Shown piece by piece: positions 1-10,303 of a stretch of 53,000 bases of DNA. The translations under genes were made by a program, and so were the position numbers. Position 1 is the stretch's first letter. Each line of letters begins with the position of its first letter. The notes beneath the pieces are model-generated. The model was not told the DNA's origin, made no database searches, and saw nothing but the letters and a program-made list of their open reading frames with translations. Origin of the DNA: a virus (Duplodnaviria; Caudoviricetes); IMG/VR virus record IMGVR_UViG_3300031631_000003, positions 1-53,000 of that record. The stretch is one strand, 5' to 3'.

Positions 1-257
1 ATTTTAAACTGTTGAATGATCAACTTGCATGGGCTGTACGTTTATGGTTACAGGGTGATACTGCCATGTTACCTCCTGATGAGATGTTGATCGAAGAGCT
101 TGCGGCATACACATATCAGATCGGTGATGATGGTAAACTGAGAGTGTCGAAGAAATCTGTTATTAAGGATTTACTCAGACGGTCTCCAGATCGCTTCGAT
201 TCACTTAAATTAACGTTTTATACAGAAGGAGCTGCTAATGGATACGATCTCAGTTAA
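1..257 (+). CDS. terL: Terminase large subunit, C-terminal fragment (5' partial)
   Basis: Ends ...EELAAYTY...KKSVIKDLLRRSPDRFDSLKLTF, matching the 'RSPD..D.L.L.F' TerL C-terminus; lies upstream of the portal gene. Confidence 0.85.
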   Translation, partial: FKLLNDQLAWAVRLWLQGDTAMLPPDEMLIEELAAYTYQIGDDGKLRVSKKSVIKDLLRRSPDRFDSLKLTFYTEGAANGYDLS

Positions 258-831
258 TATTTCTAGCAACTATACGAAACAGGGTTATATCTTTGGTAGT
301 AATATAATAATCTTCGATAGAATTTACTGCGGTGTTGCAGAGAATACAGCCGTTGTGCTTGGCGAGGAACGGTTTCATGGTGTTACCAATTATTATTTAC
401 TTGCTGACGTAGTATGCAAGACGTTCAATGATTTAATTAAAGTATTGTCAGCGATGAGGCGCATTAAAGTAAATGAGTTTTTCTGGAATCCTGACAAGGA
501 ACGGAACGAGATATTAACCAGGCATCACATCCAGGCGTTCAGAAGTAGGAAACCTCAGTTGTTTTTTAGTTCGATACCGTCGGATAGTACGTCGATTAGT
601 AGTGAGTGGGAGGCAATAACCACGGTGCTCGATCCTAAACATCTGTGGTTATTTAATGAGTCTAGGGTGCCAGCAGCTATCCAATCAATGCCGACAGACT
701 ATACAAAACTCAAGGCTGAGGATTACCCGTTGGTGGCGGCACTTGGGTATGCTCTCACGATGTTATTTGACATACCAATTCTGTCAGATAGCGACGATAT
801 GCAGCTATCATCACGTAAGTATGGAGGATAG
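238..831 (+). CDS. Hypothetical protein, possibly RNase H-like fold
   Basis: 197-aa ORF overlapping the terL stop; beta-rich N-terminus. Confidence 0.55.
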   Translation: MDTISVNISSNYTKQGYIFGSNIIIFDRIYCGVAENTAVVLGEERFHGVTNYYLLADVVCKTFNDLIKVLSAMRRIKVNEFFWNPDKERNEILTRHHIQAFRSRKPQLFFSSIPSDSTSISSEWEAITTVLDPKHLWLFNESRVPAAIQSMPTDYTKLKAEDYPLVAALGYALTMLFDIPILSDSDDMQLSSRKYGG

Positions 832-852
832 TGTTACTGATTACACATAAAC

Positions 853-883
853 TTGACAATCGTGTTACTTAGTGTTATCCGTG
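853..883 (+). promoter_or_regulatory. Putative promoter for head genes
   Basis: TTGACA (853-858), 17-nt spacer, TATCCGTG directly upstream of the portal ATG. Confidence 0.5.
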
Positions 884-887
884 TAGC

Positions 888-2972
888 ATGGATACAAATA
901 CTAACCCCGATGAGGTTCCTGTTGCTGGTTCAGTACTAGGACAGTTCATCGCTCAGAAATGTACACAGGCTATTGAAGATCGACAGTGGTTAACTAGCCG
1001 TTGGATCGAGGATATTATACAGCTTGAAGACCTGGATACCAAAGGTCATGTGCATAACATCACAAAACCAAAAACATTAACTGCAGAATCACGAATTAGT
1101 GATATCCTGTTTGTAGCCGGTGAAAAGAATTTCTCAGTTGATCCTGATCGTACTGTACCTGCAGAACATAAAGAGCAGGCTGAACAGTCCTCCGATACGC
1201 TCGAAAACAATATAGTCGAACTACTTGATGATTCTAATTATGAGAGTCAAGGTCGATTCATCATCAAGCAAGCTACTCAGTTGGGGTGTGGAATCCTCGA
1301 AGCACCTGTCAAAGATACCCAGCCTCGTAAGACATGGAACCAGGGGAAAGATGGTGAAGGTGAGCTTGTAAATACGTTAAGTATGGAGCTTGCTGACGTA
1401 ACGTCCGTTAAGTCTCGTACTATCTGGGATTACTTTCCTGATTTATCTGTAGCCAAACAAGAAGATTGCGCGTTTGAGTTTTATCGCAATTGGCTGTCAA
1501 AGGTTGATCTTCAAAACCTTCTGCTCGGTGATAGTGGTTTTAACACCCAAGAAATTCTTGATATCATCAACACCGAAACATATGCAACACCTCCTGATCA
1601 TATTACCGAACTTCGTGATGAGTCGTCTGCTGATGATCGTTCCGAAACGTACGTTATATGGAAATGTCACATGACTGTTCCAGTTGATATGGTTAAGGAT
1701 CTCTGCCAAAAAGAACCCGAACGTGAGGGAAACCTATTTGAAGAGGATGATCTTGACGAAAATGAATTTGATGTTGAAATACTTGCATGGGTATCTGAAT
1801 CAGGCAGGTTGCTAAAGTTCTGCCCTAATCCGCTCGAAACAGATGAGCGACCATACTCAGTATTCTGTTATGATCGTGATACTACTTGCTTCCTCGCATC
1901 TCCTGGTGTCCCCCGGTTAATAAGAAAACAGCAACAGGACGTCAACGCTTCGTGGGATCGTATACATGATAACGCTGATTTATCCGTTGGACCGCAGTGG
2001 ATTTATGATCCGAATATCGTTGAACCGATTCCAATTGATGGTGAAGTAACTCTGGATATGACCGCTAACAAAGGGTGGCGGATGAAACGTCCTGGTGTTG
2101 ATCCGAGTAAAGCGTTTCACTTCTTCAATGTTCCATCTGGTGTTGAAGAGAATATGATTATACTACAAACAGCACTCGCATTTGCTGATGTAGAGACTCA
2201 ACTGCCGCAGATTGCCGGTGGTGAGATATCCGCTGAACAATCCAGGATGGCGACTGAATCGCTTGAATTACTGATGAATGCTGCAAATGCAACTCAGCGT
2301 AGGATCATAAAAGACTATGATGATTTTGTAACTATTCCAATGGTTGGTCGTCTGATTGATGACGCCATGCAAAATAACCCAATTGAAGGTGTTCACGGGA
2401 GGTTTATCCCGAATGCTCATGGTACCAGTAGGCTGCTGCTGAAACAAACACAGATGATGAACGCGATGAATCTGTCGCAGATTGCTGGTAGTAATCCTCA
2501 TTTTGCAGCAAAGACTGACTGGGATTCTATGTATGACCAAATTATTCGTGGTCTACAGTTTGATCCCAAAGTTGTTACATTCTCAGAGGAAGAGATGGCG
2601 AAGAAGGCTGAAGAGAATCCGCCTCAACCATCCCCGGAAGAGATAGAAGCCCAAGCAAATATGCTTGAAGCCCAGAACGAACAGAAGAAAATCGATGTCG
2701 GTGTTCAGGAATCTCAGGCTAAAACACAGCTCGCAATAGAAGAATTGAAGTTTAAGAAGCAGAAAGCAGAAGCTGATTCTAAGATTGCGGTAATGAAACT
2801 TGAACTTGAGCGAGAGAAGATGGAACGAGATGGTCAGGGTAAAGTCGGTGAACTCGCATTCAAGCAGAAGGCCAAGGAGCGTGAGATAACCATGACTGCT
2901 GCCGCGAAAGAGAATGACCGGGCGAATGAATTTCTAATAGAATCACAAAACCCTAAGACGAAACAACACTGA
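888..2972 (+). CDS. Portal protein
   Basis: 694 aa, after terL and before scaffold/MCP; P22/N4-like features with a long C-terminal coiled coil. Confidence 0.85.
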   Translation: MDTNTNPDEVPVAGSVLGQFIAQKCTQAIEDRQWLTSRWIEDIIQLEDLDTKGHVHNITKPKTLTAESRISDILFVAGEKNFSVDPDRTVPAEHKEQAEQSSDTLENNIVELLDDSNYESQGRFIIKQATQLGCGILEAPVKDTQPRKTWNQGKDGEGELVNTLSMELADVTSVKSRTIWDYFPDLSVAKQEDCAFEFYRNWLSKVDLQNLLLGDSGFNTQEILDIINTETYATPPDHITELRDESSADDRSETYVIWKCHMTVPVDMVKDLCQKEPEREGNLFEEDDLDENEFDVEILAWVSESGRLLKFCPNPLETDERPYSVFCYDRDTTCFLASPGVPRLIRKQQQDVNASWDRIHDNADLSVGPQWIYDPNIVEPIPIDGEVTLDMTANKGWRMKRPGVDPSKAFHFFNVPSGVEENMIILQTALAFADVETQLPQIAGGEISAEQSRMATESLELLMNAANATQRRIIKDYDDFVTIPMVGRLIDDAMQNNPIEGVHGRFIPNAHGTSRLLLKQTQMMNAMNLSQIAGSNPHFAAKTDWDSMYDQIIRGLQFDPKVVTFSEEEMAKKAEENPPQPSPEEIEAQANMLEAQNEQKKIDVGVQESQAKTQLAIEELKFKKQKAEADSKIAVMKLELEREKMERDGQGKVGELAFKQKAKEREITMTAAAKENDRANEFLIESQNPKTKQH

Positions 2973-3142
2973 TGCGGGCTATCGAGTGGTATGAAGTACA
3001 GAAGTTTCTAAAAGAACAGATAAAATACTGCACTGAGCGGTGTATTGATGTTGATGTTACAGATAAGGAACGCCTGATTAATGCAAGTGAACTCAGAGCG
3101 TTTGAACGTGTTCTCAATCTACAAGGTGAGGAGCCGGTATAG
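2972..3142 (+). CDS. Small hypothetical protein (56 aa, not in ORF track)
   Basis: MRAIEWYEVQKFLKEQ...LQGEEPV; ATG overlaps the portal stop and the stop abuts the scaffold ATG. Confidence 0.7.
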   Translation: MRAIEWYEVQKFLKEQIKYCTERCIDVDVTDKERLINASELRAFERVLNLQGEEPV

Positions 3143-3937
3143 ATGAGTGATAAAGATTTTGATGATGCATTTAATGCTGTAGTGAGTGACGAAGAGACTG
3201 TTATTGTTGATGACAAGGTGGATCCACCTGCTGATGCTGAAGTCGTCGATGAAAAAACTCCAGATCAGATGGAGATTGACAAGTTACAACAGACAGTAAT
3301 GCGTCAGGCCGCTTCTCAGTCTGCACTACAGAAGAAACTTGATAACAAAGCTGAATTGATTAAGCCGAAACAGTTTGCGCCTGTCATTGATGACAAAGGT
3401 GTATTTACTGATTCATTTGAGGAATTGAAAAAAGAATTTCCCGAAGCTGATTTTGGTCGTGTTGAGGATATAATCACTCAACAGCAGACTCAGATTTCTG
3501 AGTTAGCTAATCGGTTTGAAACTACGGCTACAAATAACAATGAAATGCAGAGAGTGCAACGCCTCAAAGAGCAGACATCGATTGTGTCACAAACACACCC
3601 CTACCTGCAAGAGACTGTGCAATCTGAAGAATTTGTAAACTGGCAGAAAACGCTTACCCCTGCAGAAATGACCCACGTAAAGAGTGCTGTTAACGCTGAC
3701 GAGATTAACAACATCTTAAACGTCTTCAAGTCTGCCACAGGTTATAAGAGTAAAGCTGCCCAGGAAGTAGAATCCACAGAGATTGCCGAGGCTACAGTTA
3801 AGAAACGTGAGAAACGTACACAAGCTGCCCAAGGTATTTCAACGAAACAACAAGCGTCACCTGCAACTGGTGCAAGTGATAAACTTAACGAAGATGCTAT
3901 ATTCGATCAGGTATTTGCCAATCTAGGTATCTCGTAA
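3143..3937 (+). CDS. Capsid scaffolding protein
   Basis: Acidic, helical, directly upstream of MCP. Confidence 0.7.
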   Translation: MSDKDFDDAFNAVVSDEETVIVDDKVDPPADAEVVDEKTPDQMEIDKLQQTVMRQAASQSALQKKLDNKAELIKPKQFAPVIDDKGVFTDSFEELKKEFPEADFGRVEDIITQQQTQISELANRFETTATNNNEMQRVQRLKEQTSIVSQTHPYLQETVQSEEFVNWQKTLTPAEMTHVKSAVNADEINNILNVFKSATGYKSKAAQEVESTEIAEATVKKREKRTQAAQGISTKQQASPATGASDKLNEDAIFDQVFANLGIS

Positions 3938-3960
3938 CTTTACTCTTATGGTGAAATAAA

Positions 3961-5244
3961 ATGACTATGACAACTGTTGCGCCTGTCGCGCAACGTACAA
4001 ATGTATATGCCGAGGCTGAAACGCTGGCACATGCGCAACCCGTTCAAGCATTGAATATATTTGGCGACTCTCACTCACTACCAAAGAACAGTGGTAAGAT
4101 TCTTTCCATGCGTCGTTGGGACGTTAAAGCACTGGTCGTTGATGGTAATGGTGATCCTGTTGCACTGACTGAGGGTGTTGAACCTGCTGGTGCTGATATC
4201 ACTTACAGCAATGTTGAGGTTACTCTCAAGCAGTATGGTGATTTTGTGAAGATTACAGATCGCTGTGAAGACGAGTATGAGGACCCCGTCCGTCAGCACG
4301 CTACTGAACAGAACGGTGAGCAAGCCGGAGAAATAATCGAACTCGCATGTTGGGGCGCTATTCGTGGTGGCTCTAATGTTGAGTACTCGAATGGTACTGA
4401 CCGAGATGAAGTCAACACTGCAGTTAACGATGCAATGATTCAACGTATCGAACGTTCTTTGATGGCCGAGAAAGGAAAGCATATCCGCAAAGTACAGACC
4501 GGTAGTAAGAATTATGCCACCGTTACTGTTCCCGCATCTTATGTAATCATTGGTCATACTGATCTCCTGAAGGATTTCCAGGCGCTTACTGGTTGGAAAC
4601 CATATGATGCTTATGCATCACAGGATCGCATCTGTAATTATGAGGAGGGAACCGTTGGTAAATTTCGTGTAATCCTTTCACCCACCGTTACTAATTGGGC
4701 CGATGCTGGTGCAGCTAAAGGAACCATGGTATCTACTACTGGAACCTCTGCTGATGTTTATCCATTTATTGCATTTGCAGACCATGCATATGGTCATACC
4801 CGGCTTAAAGGGAAAGGCGCTATTCAGCCAATGATTGTACAGCCGAATATGCCAAGTGCTGGAGATCGTTTAGGTCAAATGGGTTCAGTTGGGTCAACTT
4901 CATTTCGGCCCCATTCCACAGCAATGTGGAATTGATAAGTTGGTGAATTGCTGGAACGCTAAGGTGGAGACACTATGCCAATCAGCAGCGAAGCCGTTGT
5001 TAAAACGGAACGTTCAGAGACTATCCCTTGACAGGGAGTACGCATCAAACGATGTGGAAGTGCCAGCCATCCTATAAACGGATGATGATATAGTCCAATC
5101 TTGCAGGAAACTGTAAGCAGTTCATAAGTGAACGGGGTATGAAGTAGTGATCATACTCGAATTTCTGGGAAAGCAAGTTACGTAGCAGGTATTACAGCCG
5201 AGTTTTGGCTGATCAGAGGTGAGGTCGCAGCTACTGCGGTTTAG
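3961..5244 (+). CDS. Major capsid protein, N4-gp56 family; spliced join(3961..4894,5168..5244), 336 aa
   Basis: Motifs LTEGVEP, LKQYG, IIGHTD, DVYP, DRLGQMG; removing the intron gives ...GSVG-WKASYVAGITAEFWLIRGEVAATAV*, the expected family C-terminus. Confidence 0.92.
4895..5167 (+). ncRNA. Group I self-splicing intron (IA-like, 273 nt, no internal ORF)
   Basis: 5' exon ends in U pairing with G of the IGS (GGGU/GCCC); P2 TTCCACA-GCAA-TGTGGAA; P GAATTGCTGGAA; Q AATCAGCAG; P3 GTTGGT/GCCAGC; P7 GACTAT/ATAGTC; P7.1 and P7.2 hairpins; P9 with GAAA loop; terminal G. Confidence 0.93.
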
Positions 5245-5254
5245 TATTTAACCT

Positions 5255-5300
5255 ATCCACCTGTCTTGACTGTAATGGACAGGTGGATTAATATTATTTA
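5255..5300 (+). terminator. Hairpin after MCP, probable terminator or processing site
   Basis: ATCCACCTGTC (5255-5265) / GACAGGTGGAT (5278-5288) followed by an AT-rich run. Confidence 0.55.
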
Positions 5301-5314
5301 ATGGAGCACAAGAA

Positions 5315-5791
5315 ATGACCGAAGAGACTAAAGACGCTGAAGTAGTGACAGAGCCTTCTAAGAAACTCACCCCAGCGCAGAAAGCTGCGAAAACCAAAGC
5401 TGCAAATAAACTCAAAACTGCCCGTGTTGTTAAAACACGTACCGAAGCAATCAATATCCTGATGGAGATGAATGTACCGTTTGATCAGAAGGCTGACGAT
5501 ATAGCCTTGATTGCCATTGCTGAACAGATTCCTGTTGAAAAGTGGTACAAGATCGAGATTCAAACCCGTGATGAATTTGCTACAAAACAAGCGTTTTGTA
5601 AAGTGAATGGTAAGTCATGGCGACTCGAACGAGGTGTCGAACATAAAGTACCAGCTCGTGTGGTAGCGGCATTTAGAAATGCTGTCAGCAAGACTGTTGA
5701 CATGATCGATACCGTTAACGGTAAGAAGATCGTCGAACGAGAACGAAGAAATGAAATGATTTCTATACTTGGGGAGACTTCAGCACCGTGA
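5315..5791 (+). CDS. Conserved phage protein downstream of MCP
   Basis: 158 aa with RBS; 'VNGKSWRLERGVEHKVP' motif typical of genes following N4-gp56-type MCPs. Confidence 0.65.
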   Translation: MTEETKDAEVVTEPSKKLTPAQKAAKTKAANKLKTARVVKTRTEAINILMEMNVPFDQKADDIALIAIAEQIPVEKWYKIEIQTRDEFATKQAFCKVNGKSWRLERGVEHKVPARVVAAFRNAVSKTVDMIDTVNGKKIVERERRNEMISILGETSAP

Positions 5792-6501
5792 ATTATTTAG
5801 CTCTTGCTAAAAAGATGTGTCGCGCAATAGGGTATGCGGAGCCTACTTCTATTGCGTTGGCCGGGGCTGACCAATCACTTGTGTTCGAGTGGTTGGCAGA
5901 CGCTTGGGTTCATATACAGGAGACAGAAGAAAGATGGTCGTTTATGCAATTCTCTGCCACTGTCAACGCCCTGATTAATAAATCTACATACACGCCTGTT
6001 GAGATGGGGCTACCAACACTCCGAGAAATCGTTGTCGGTAGGACGATCCTCACAGAAACAGACGGTACGTTCATTAAGTATATGACCTGGGTAACACCGG
6101 CGGAGATGGAATATAAAACCATGACAGCTCCGTTGATTGGTATCCCTGAGTTTTACTCCACAGAGCGTGGTGTTGTGACTATCTATCCCACGCCAGATAA
6201 GGCATATAAGGCTAATATCCAATACATGGTTAACCCTGTTGTCCTCACACTTGACACAGACGAACCAGCAGCACCTGAACACTTCCACAAAATTATCTTA
6301 TTCAAAGCGTTGCATGAATATTCTGTGAGTGACAACTCACCAGAGCAGTTTCAGTTTGGATCTGTTGAATTTGAACAATATCTGAACCGGATGAATCGTG
6401 AATGTCTCCCTCAACCATCGATGAGCGGAAGAAAGACAGGAAAATTCTACGAACAGAAACACTCGAATAGGTATTCAGCAAATGCAGGGTATACAGTTTA
6501 G
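5788..6501 (+). CDS. Head-tail adaptor protein
   Basis: 'W.F' and 'IYPTPD..Y....Y...P......DEP..PE.FH' adaptor signatures; gene position. Confidence 0.75.
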   Translation: MNYLALAKKMCRAIGYAEPTSIALAGADQSLVFEWLADAWVHIQETEERWSFMQFSATVNALINKSTYTPVEMGLPTLREIVVGRTILTETDGTFIKYMTWVTPAEMEYKTMTAPLIGIPEFYSTERGVVTIYPTPDKAYKANIQYMVNPVVLTLDTDEPAAPEHFHKIILFKALHEYSVSDNSPEQFQFGSVEFEQYLNRMNRECLPQPSMSGRKTGKFYEQKHSNRYSANAGYTV

Positions 6502-8557
6502 CAAAACTTCTTCACAAGTAATCCTCCCAGAAGGAGGTCTCAATACCGAGACCTCTAAATTAGCAATTCCTCCTGGTCAAATGATCGGGTGTTCTAACGT
6601 CGAGATTGGTGAGCCTAAAGGATGGCGAAGATCAGACGGCTATGAACGCTTTGACGGTCATCCTCGACCACATCTAGCAGAGTACACAGCATATGAGGCA
6701 ACGTTTAGTAATGAAGCCGTATCGGGTGCTGAGTTCACCGGACCAACTGGCTCAGGAATTATACTTGATGATTATGAATCTGATTCTGAGGTCATATGGT
6801 TGTATGTTGCCGTTGGTACTGTCGCGGCAACTGATATTCTAACTGTTGCTGCAGTTAACATCTGTACACTTGATGTCCTGACTGCCGCCGAAACAATTGA
6901 AGATACCAAAACATATACAGATCGTGCTGTAACCGCTGCTAGGAGTTACATCGGAGAGGTTACTGGTACTGGTGACATTAATGGTGTCTGGTCATATAAG
7001 GGAAATGTTTATGCGTTTCGTGACGGGATTATGTATGAATCTTCAAGCGCTGGATGGGTTGTTGTGGTATTTCCCAGTGAGATTGAGTTTGACACTGGGT
7101 CAGCAGTGACTTCATCTGACATCCCGGCTGTTGGAGACACCGTAACAAACGGGACAGCTACTGCTGATGTTGTTGGTATACAAAAGACTAATGCCGCTGC
7201 CGATGGGTGGACTGATAATCTGGCTATCGGGGTTATTACAGTATCAAATATCACTGGTGGAACGTTTGCCGATACCGATACCTTGACATTTGCTGGTACG
7301 GGTGCAGGTGCAACGGCCGTTGCAACTACTGATCAAACACAGATCGTCTTGAATACTGATGGTCGTTATGAATTTAAGAACTATAATTTCAGCGGATCTG
7401 CCGATACTCTAAATATGTATGGTGTTGACGGTGCCAATTATATGTTTAGTTTTGACGGTACAACATACCTGCAGATTCGTACTGGTCTTGAAGACGATAC
7501 ACCGAGTCATATATTTATGATGAATTTCCAAGCGTTCGTCTCTAAGCTTGGGTCGTGGCTACTGTCACCACTTGGTGATGTCTTCGGAACGTGGGAAAAT
7601 GTGCGTGGGTCTGATGAGTGGGCGATGGGCGATACGATTGTCGGGGCTATAACAAGTCCTGGTGGAACCGCGCTATCATTTGCAAGAAATTCTATCTCAA
7701 TTATATACCCTACTGACAGCGGATACTATGCGATTAAGCCTTATGCATCTGATTATGGTGCGCTGGAATGGTCTCTGCAGAATGCAGTCGCTCCTATCTG
7801 TATCTCCGATGGTGGTGTCACACTGATTCAACCTACTGATAAGTTCGGTGATTTTGAAGCTGGTCAGGCTGATGAGGTTATCAGGGATTTAATATCCGGG
7901 CTCAAAGAATCGTTCGTTACATCGGTTGTTTTTAGGAACAAGAAAGAATACAGGATGTTTTTCTCGAACGGTACAACTGTTCGCTTGAAGTTCGGTATAA
8001 ATTCAGTGGTTGGATTTAGTGTTGATGAATATCCACTGACCGTAAGAGGGTGCACGGCTTCTGTTCGCTCAGATCGTTTCTTGACTGATACGACTGTCGA
8101 AAAGGATCATGTATTTTTCTACTCGGATAACGGATATATTTATCAGATGGATGCTGGGGATTCATTTGATGGTGATGATATAGTAGCATTCTACGCATTG
8201 CCATGGAATCACATGGGTTCGCCCAGGATGAAAAAACGCTGGTACGATGTAATTCTTGAAATTGAAACGAAAGACTCTGGGGTGATGATCGGGGTGAAGC
8301 CTGTTTATGATATGTATTCTCCTGAGCGTACAGATGTAAATGAGACAAATGTCCAGGTAGATTTGCCTGGTGGTATCTGGGGTGAAGTGAATTGGGATGA
8401 GTTCTACTGGTCAGAATCACCAACAGGTGGAATGTATAAAATACGATTGAGAAGTACAACCCCAGGACTTGGTTTAGTAATCGGCTCCGTTGGTGGTGCT
8501 TCGTGGAATGTACGATCAATAACAACAAGATTCTCAGGACGGGGAGAGGTAAGATAA
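6482..8557 (+). CDS. Tail nozzle / packaged-DNA stabilisation protein
   Basis: N-terminal 'GGLN', beta-propeller-like composition, 691 aa, follows the adaptor. Confidence 0.7.
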   Translation: MQGIQFSKTSSQVILPEGGLNTETSKLAIPPGQMIGCSNVEIGEPKGWRRSDGYERFDGHPRPHLAEYTAYEATFSNEAVSGAEFTGPTGSGIILDDYESDSEVIWLYVAVGTVAATDILTVAAVNICTLDVLTAAETIEDTKTYTDRAVTAARSYIGEVTGTGDINGVWSYKGNVYAFRDGIMYESSSAGWVVVVFPSEIEFDTGSAVTSSDIPAVGDTVTNGTATADVVGIQKTNAAADGWTDNLAIGVITVSNITGGTFADTDTLTFAGTGAGATAVATTDQTQIVLNTDGRYEFKNYNFSGSADTLNMYGVDGANYMFSFDGTTYLQIRTGLEDDTPSHIFMMNFQAFVSKLGSWLLSPLGDVFGTWENVRGSDEWAMGDTIVGAITSPGGTALSFARNSISIIYPTDSGYYAIKPYASDYGALEWSLQNAVAPICISDGGVTLIQPTDKFGDFEAGQADEVIRDLISGLKESFVTSVVFRNKKEYRMFFSNGTTVRLKFGINSVVGFSVDEYPLTVRGCTASVRSDRFLTDTTVEKDHVFFYSDNGYIYQMDAGDSFDGDDIVAFYALPWNHMGSPRMKKRWYDVILEIETKDSGVMIGVKPVYDMYSPERTDVNETNVQVDLPGGIWGEVNWDEFYWSESPTGGMYKIRLRSTTPGLGLVIGSVGGASWNVRSITTRFSGRGEVR

Positions 8558-9619
8558 ATGGCAGAAGGTAACTGGACACAAACATTTCCCAGCTTGATTG
8601 AGCATACCAAAGCGCGTGGTGCTGACATCAATAGCAGAGTTAGTGGGTTGGGAAGCAATTATGACATGCTTCCGGCTCCACATGATGACGGTAAGAAGGG
8701 ATTCTTCGGGCCGTGCTATGTTGGCAGCCCTACCGAACTAGGACAGGCGACAAGTGCGGTAGATATTCGGAATGGTGCGATTACACATGGTGTTGATTCC
8801 GGTGTTGCCGATGCTTATGTCGTTACGTTGGGAATAGCATCACTGGCATATGTTGCCGGGATGAAAGTTAATTTTGTTGCGACGACTACAAACACAGGTA
8901 CATCAACAATTGATATTGATGGTCTGGGTGTGATTGCACTCAAGGCATCAGCAACGATGGAGTTACCTGCTGACTATATTTATGTTGATGATATAGTCGA
9001 GGTGATTTATACCGGAACGTTTTTCCAGATAACATCAATCACATCTCACGTTGCAGATGCTGCCAACAGTGCCGCTGCCGCTGCCGTAAGTGAAACAAAT
9101 GCGGCAACGAGTGAGACGAACGCTGCATCAAGCGAAGGTGTGTGTCTGGCGTCAAGTAACTTCATCGGGGAGTGGTCAGACCAGACAGGCGCTCATGTTA
9201 TCCCTACATCGGTTTCGAATGATGATAAGTACTGGATGCTGATTGCTGATGTCGTTGATATTACGCTGAGTGAGCCTGGTGTTTCTGCTGATTGGGTGGA
9301 AATAAAAGCAGGTGGTGGAATGGCATGGGAGGCTAGTGCCTCTGGTGATGTTACCGCTGTAGCTAGTATTGGATATCTTACTTATACTGACACTGCTGCT
9401 AGGAATGTAAATCTTCCTGCTGGTGTTGTTGGCGAGAGTGTGGGTATAAACGATGTATCTCAAAACTGTGGAACCAATAGTATTACAGTTATTACTAGTG
9501 GTTCTGAAAAGTTTATGGGGTTAGTCGAGAACTTTATTCTTGATATTGATGGGTCATCTATTGTTGCTACGTATGCTGACGCTACTAACGGATGGGTAAT
9601 TACTGGCGGGAATTGGTAG
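8558..9619 (+). CDS. Tail fibre protein
   Basis: 'G.ADAY....YVAGM...F....NTG.STI.IDGLG' domain, AASETNA repeats and a C-terminal T4-gp34-like repeat. Confidence 0.75.
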   Translation: MAEGNWTQTFPSLIEHTKARGADINSRVSGLGSNYDMLPAPHDDGKKGFFGPCYVGSPTELGQATSAVDIRNGAITHGVDSGVADAYVVTLGIASLAYVAGMKVNFVATTTNTGTSTIDIDGLGVIALKASATMELPADYIYVDDIVEVIYTGTFFQITSITSHVADAANSAAAAAVSETNAATSETNAASSEGVCLASSNFIGEWSDQTGAHVIPTSVSNDDKYWMLIADVVDITLSEPGVSADWVEIKAGGGMAWEASASGDVTAVASIGYLTYTDTAARNVNLPAGVVGESVGINDVSQNCGTNSITVITSGSEKFMGLVENFILDIDGSSIVATYADATNGWVITGGNW

Positions 9620-9622
9620 GTA

Positions 9623-10303
9623 ATGGGAAAAGTTAACAATATATTGGGGCAACGTTTTGGAATGCTTGTCGTTATACATGACACTGGTGTTAGAAAGAAC
9701 GGGGTTATTTGGTTGTGCAAGTGCGATTGTGGTAATACGAAGACAGTTAGAGCTTGCCATCTAACAAATAATGCAACAATATCTTGTGGGTGCTATACTC
9801 TTGTTGACAATATCGTAGGGCAAATATTTGGACGATTGACTGTCTATAAAAGTTCAAAGAAAAGGTCAGGCAATGGAGCAGCTTACTGGAAGTGCGTATG
9901 TTCTTGTGGTAAAACAACTATTGCAAGAAGTGACGGCTTGAGAAACGGATCTATACGGTCTTGTGGTTGTATGCATCTCGATAGTGTATCTGGCGAGAAT
10001 AACCACAATTGGAATGGTGGCATTACTTCCGATAACCAGAAAATACGTAAATCATTAAAATATAAAAAATGGGCGTTAAGTGTTAAGGCCCAATCTAACC
10101 ACACTTGTGTTAAGTGTGGTTGTGCTGATAATCTGGTTGCGCATCATATTAAATCATTTTCAGCCAATATAGAGCTGAGACTTGATATTGACAATGGTGC
10201 CTGCTTATGTAGGGAGTGTCATATGAAATTTCACAATAAATATAGTTATATCAAATTTGATGAGAATGATTTCTTGTCTTGGATTACAGGAGGTAGCTGG
10301 TAA
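9623..10303 (+). mobile_element. Free-standing HNH homing endonuclease
   Basis: Two 'G..FG.L.V...W.C.C.CG...SCGC' repeats; C-terminal CVKCG...AHHIK...NGACLCRECH. Confidence 0.88.

Noticed and set aside
4889-5077. 62-aa ORF inside the intron as a homing endonuclease
   Set aside because: It overlaps the ribozyme core and has no nuclease motif; likely spurious.
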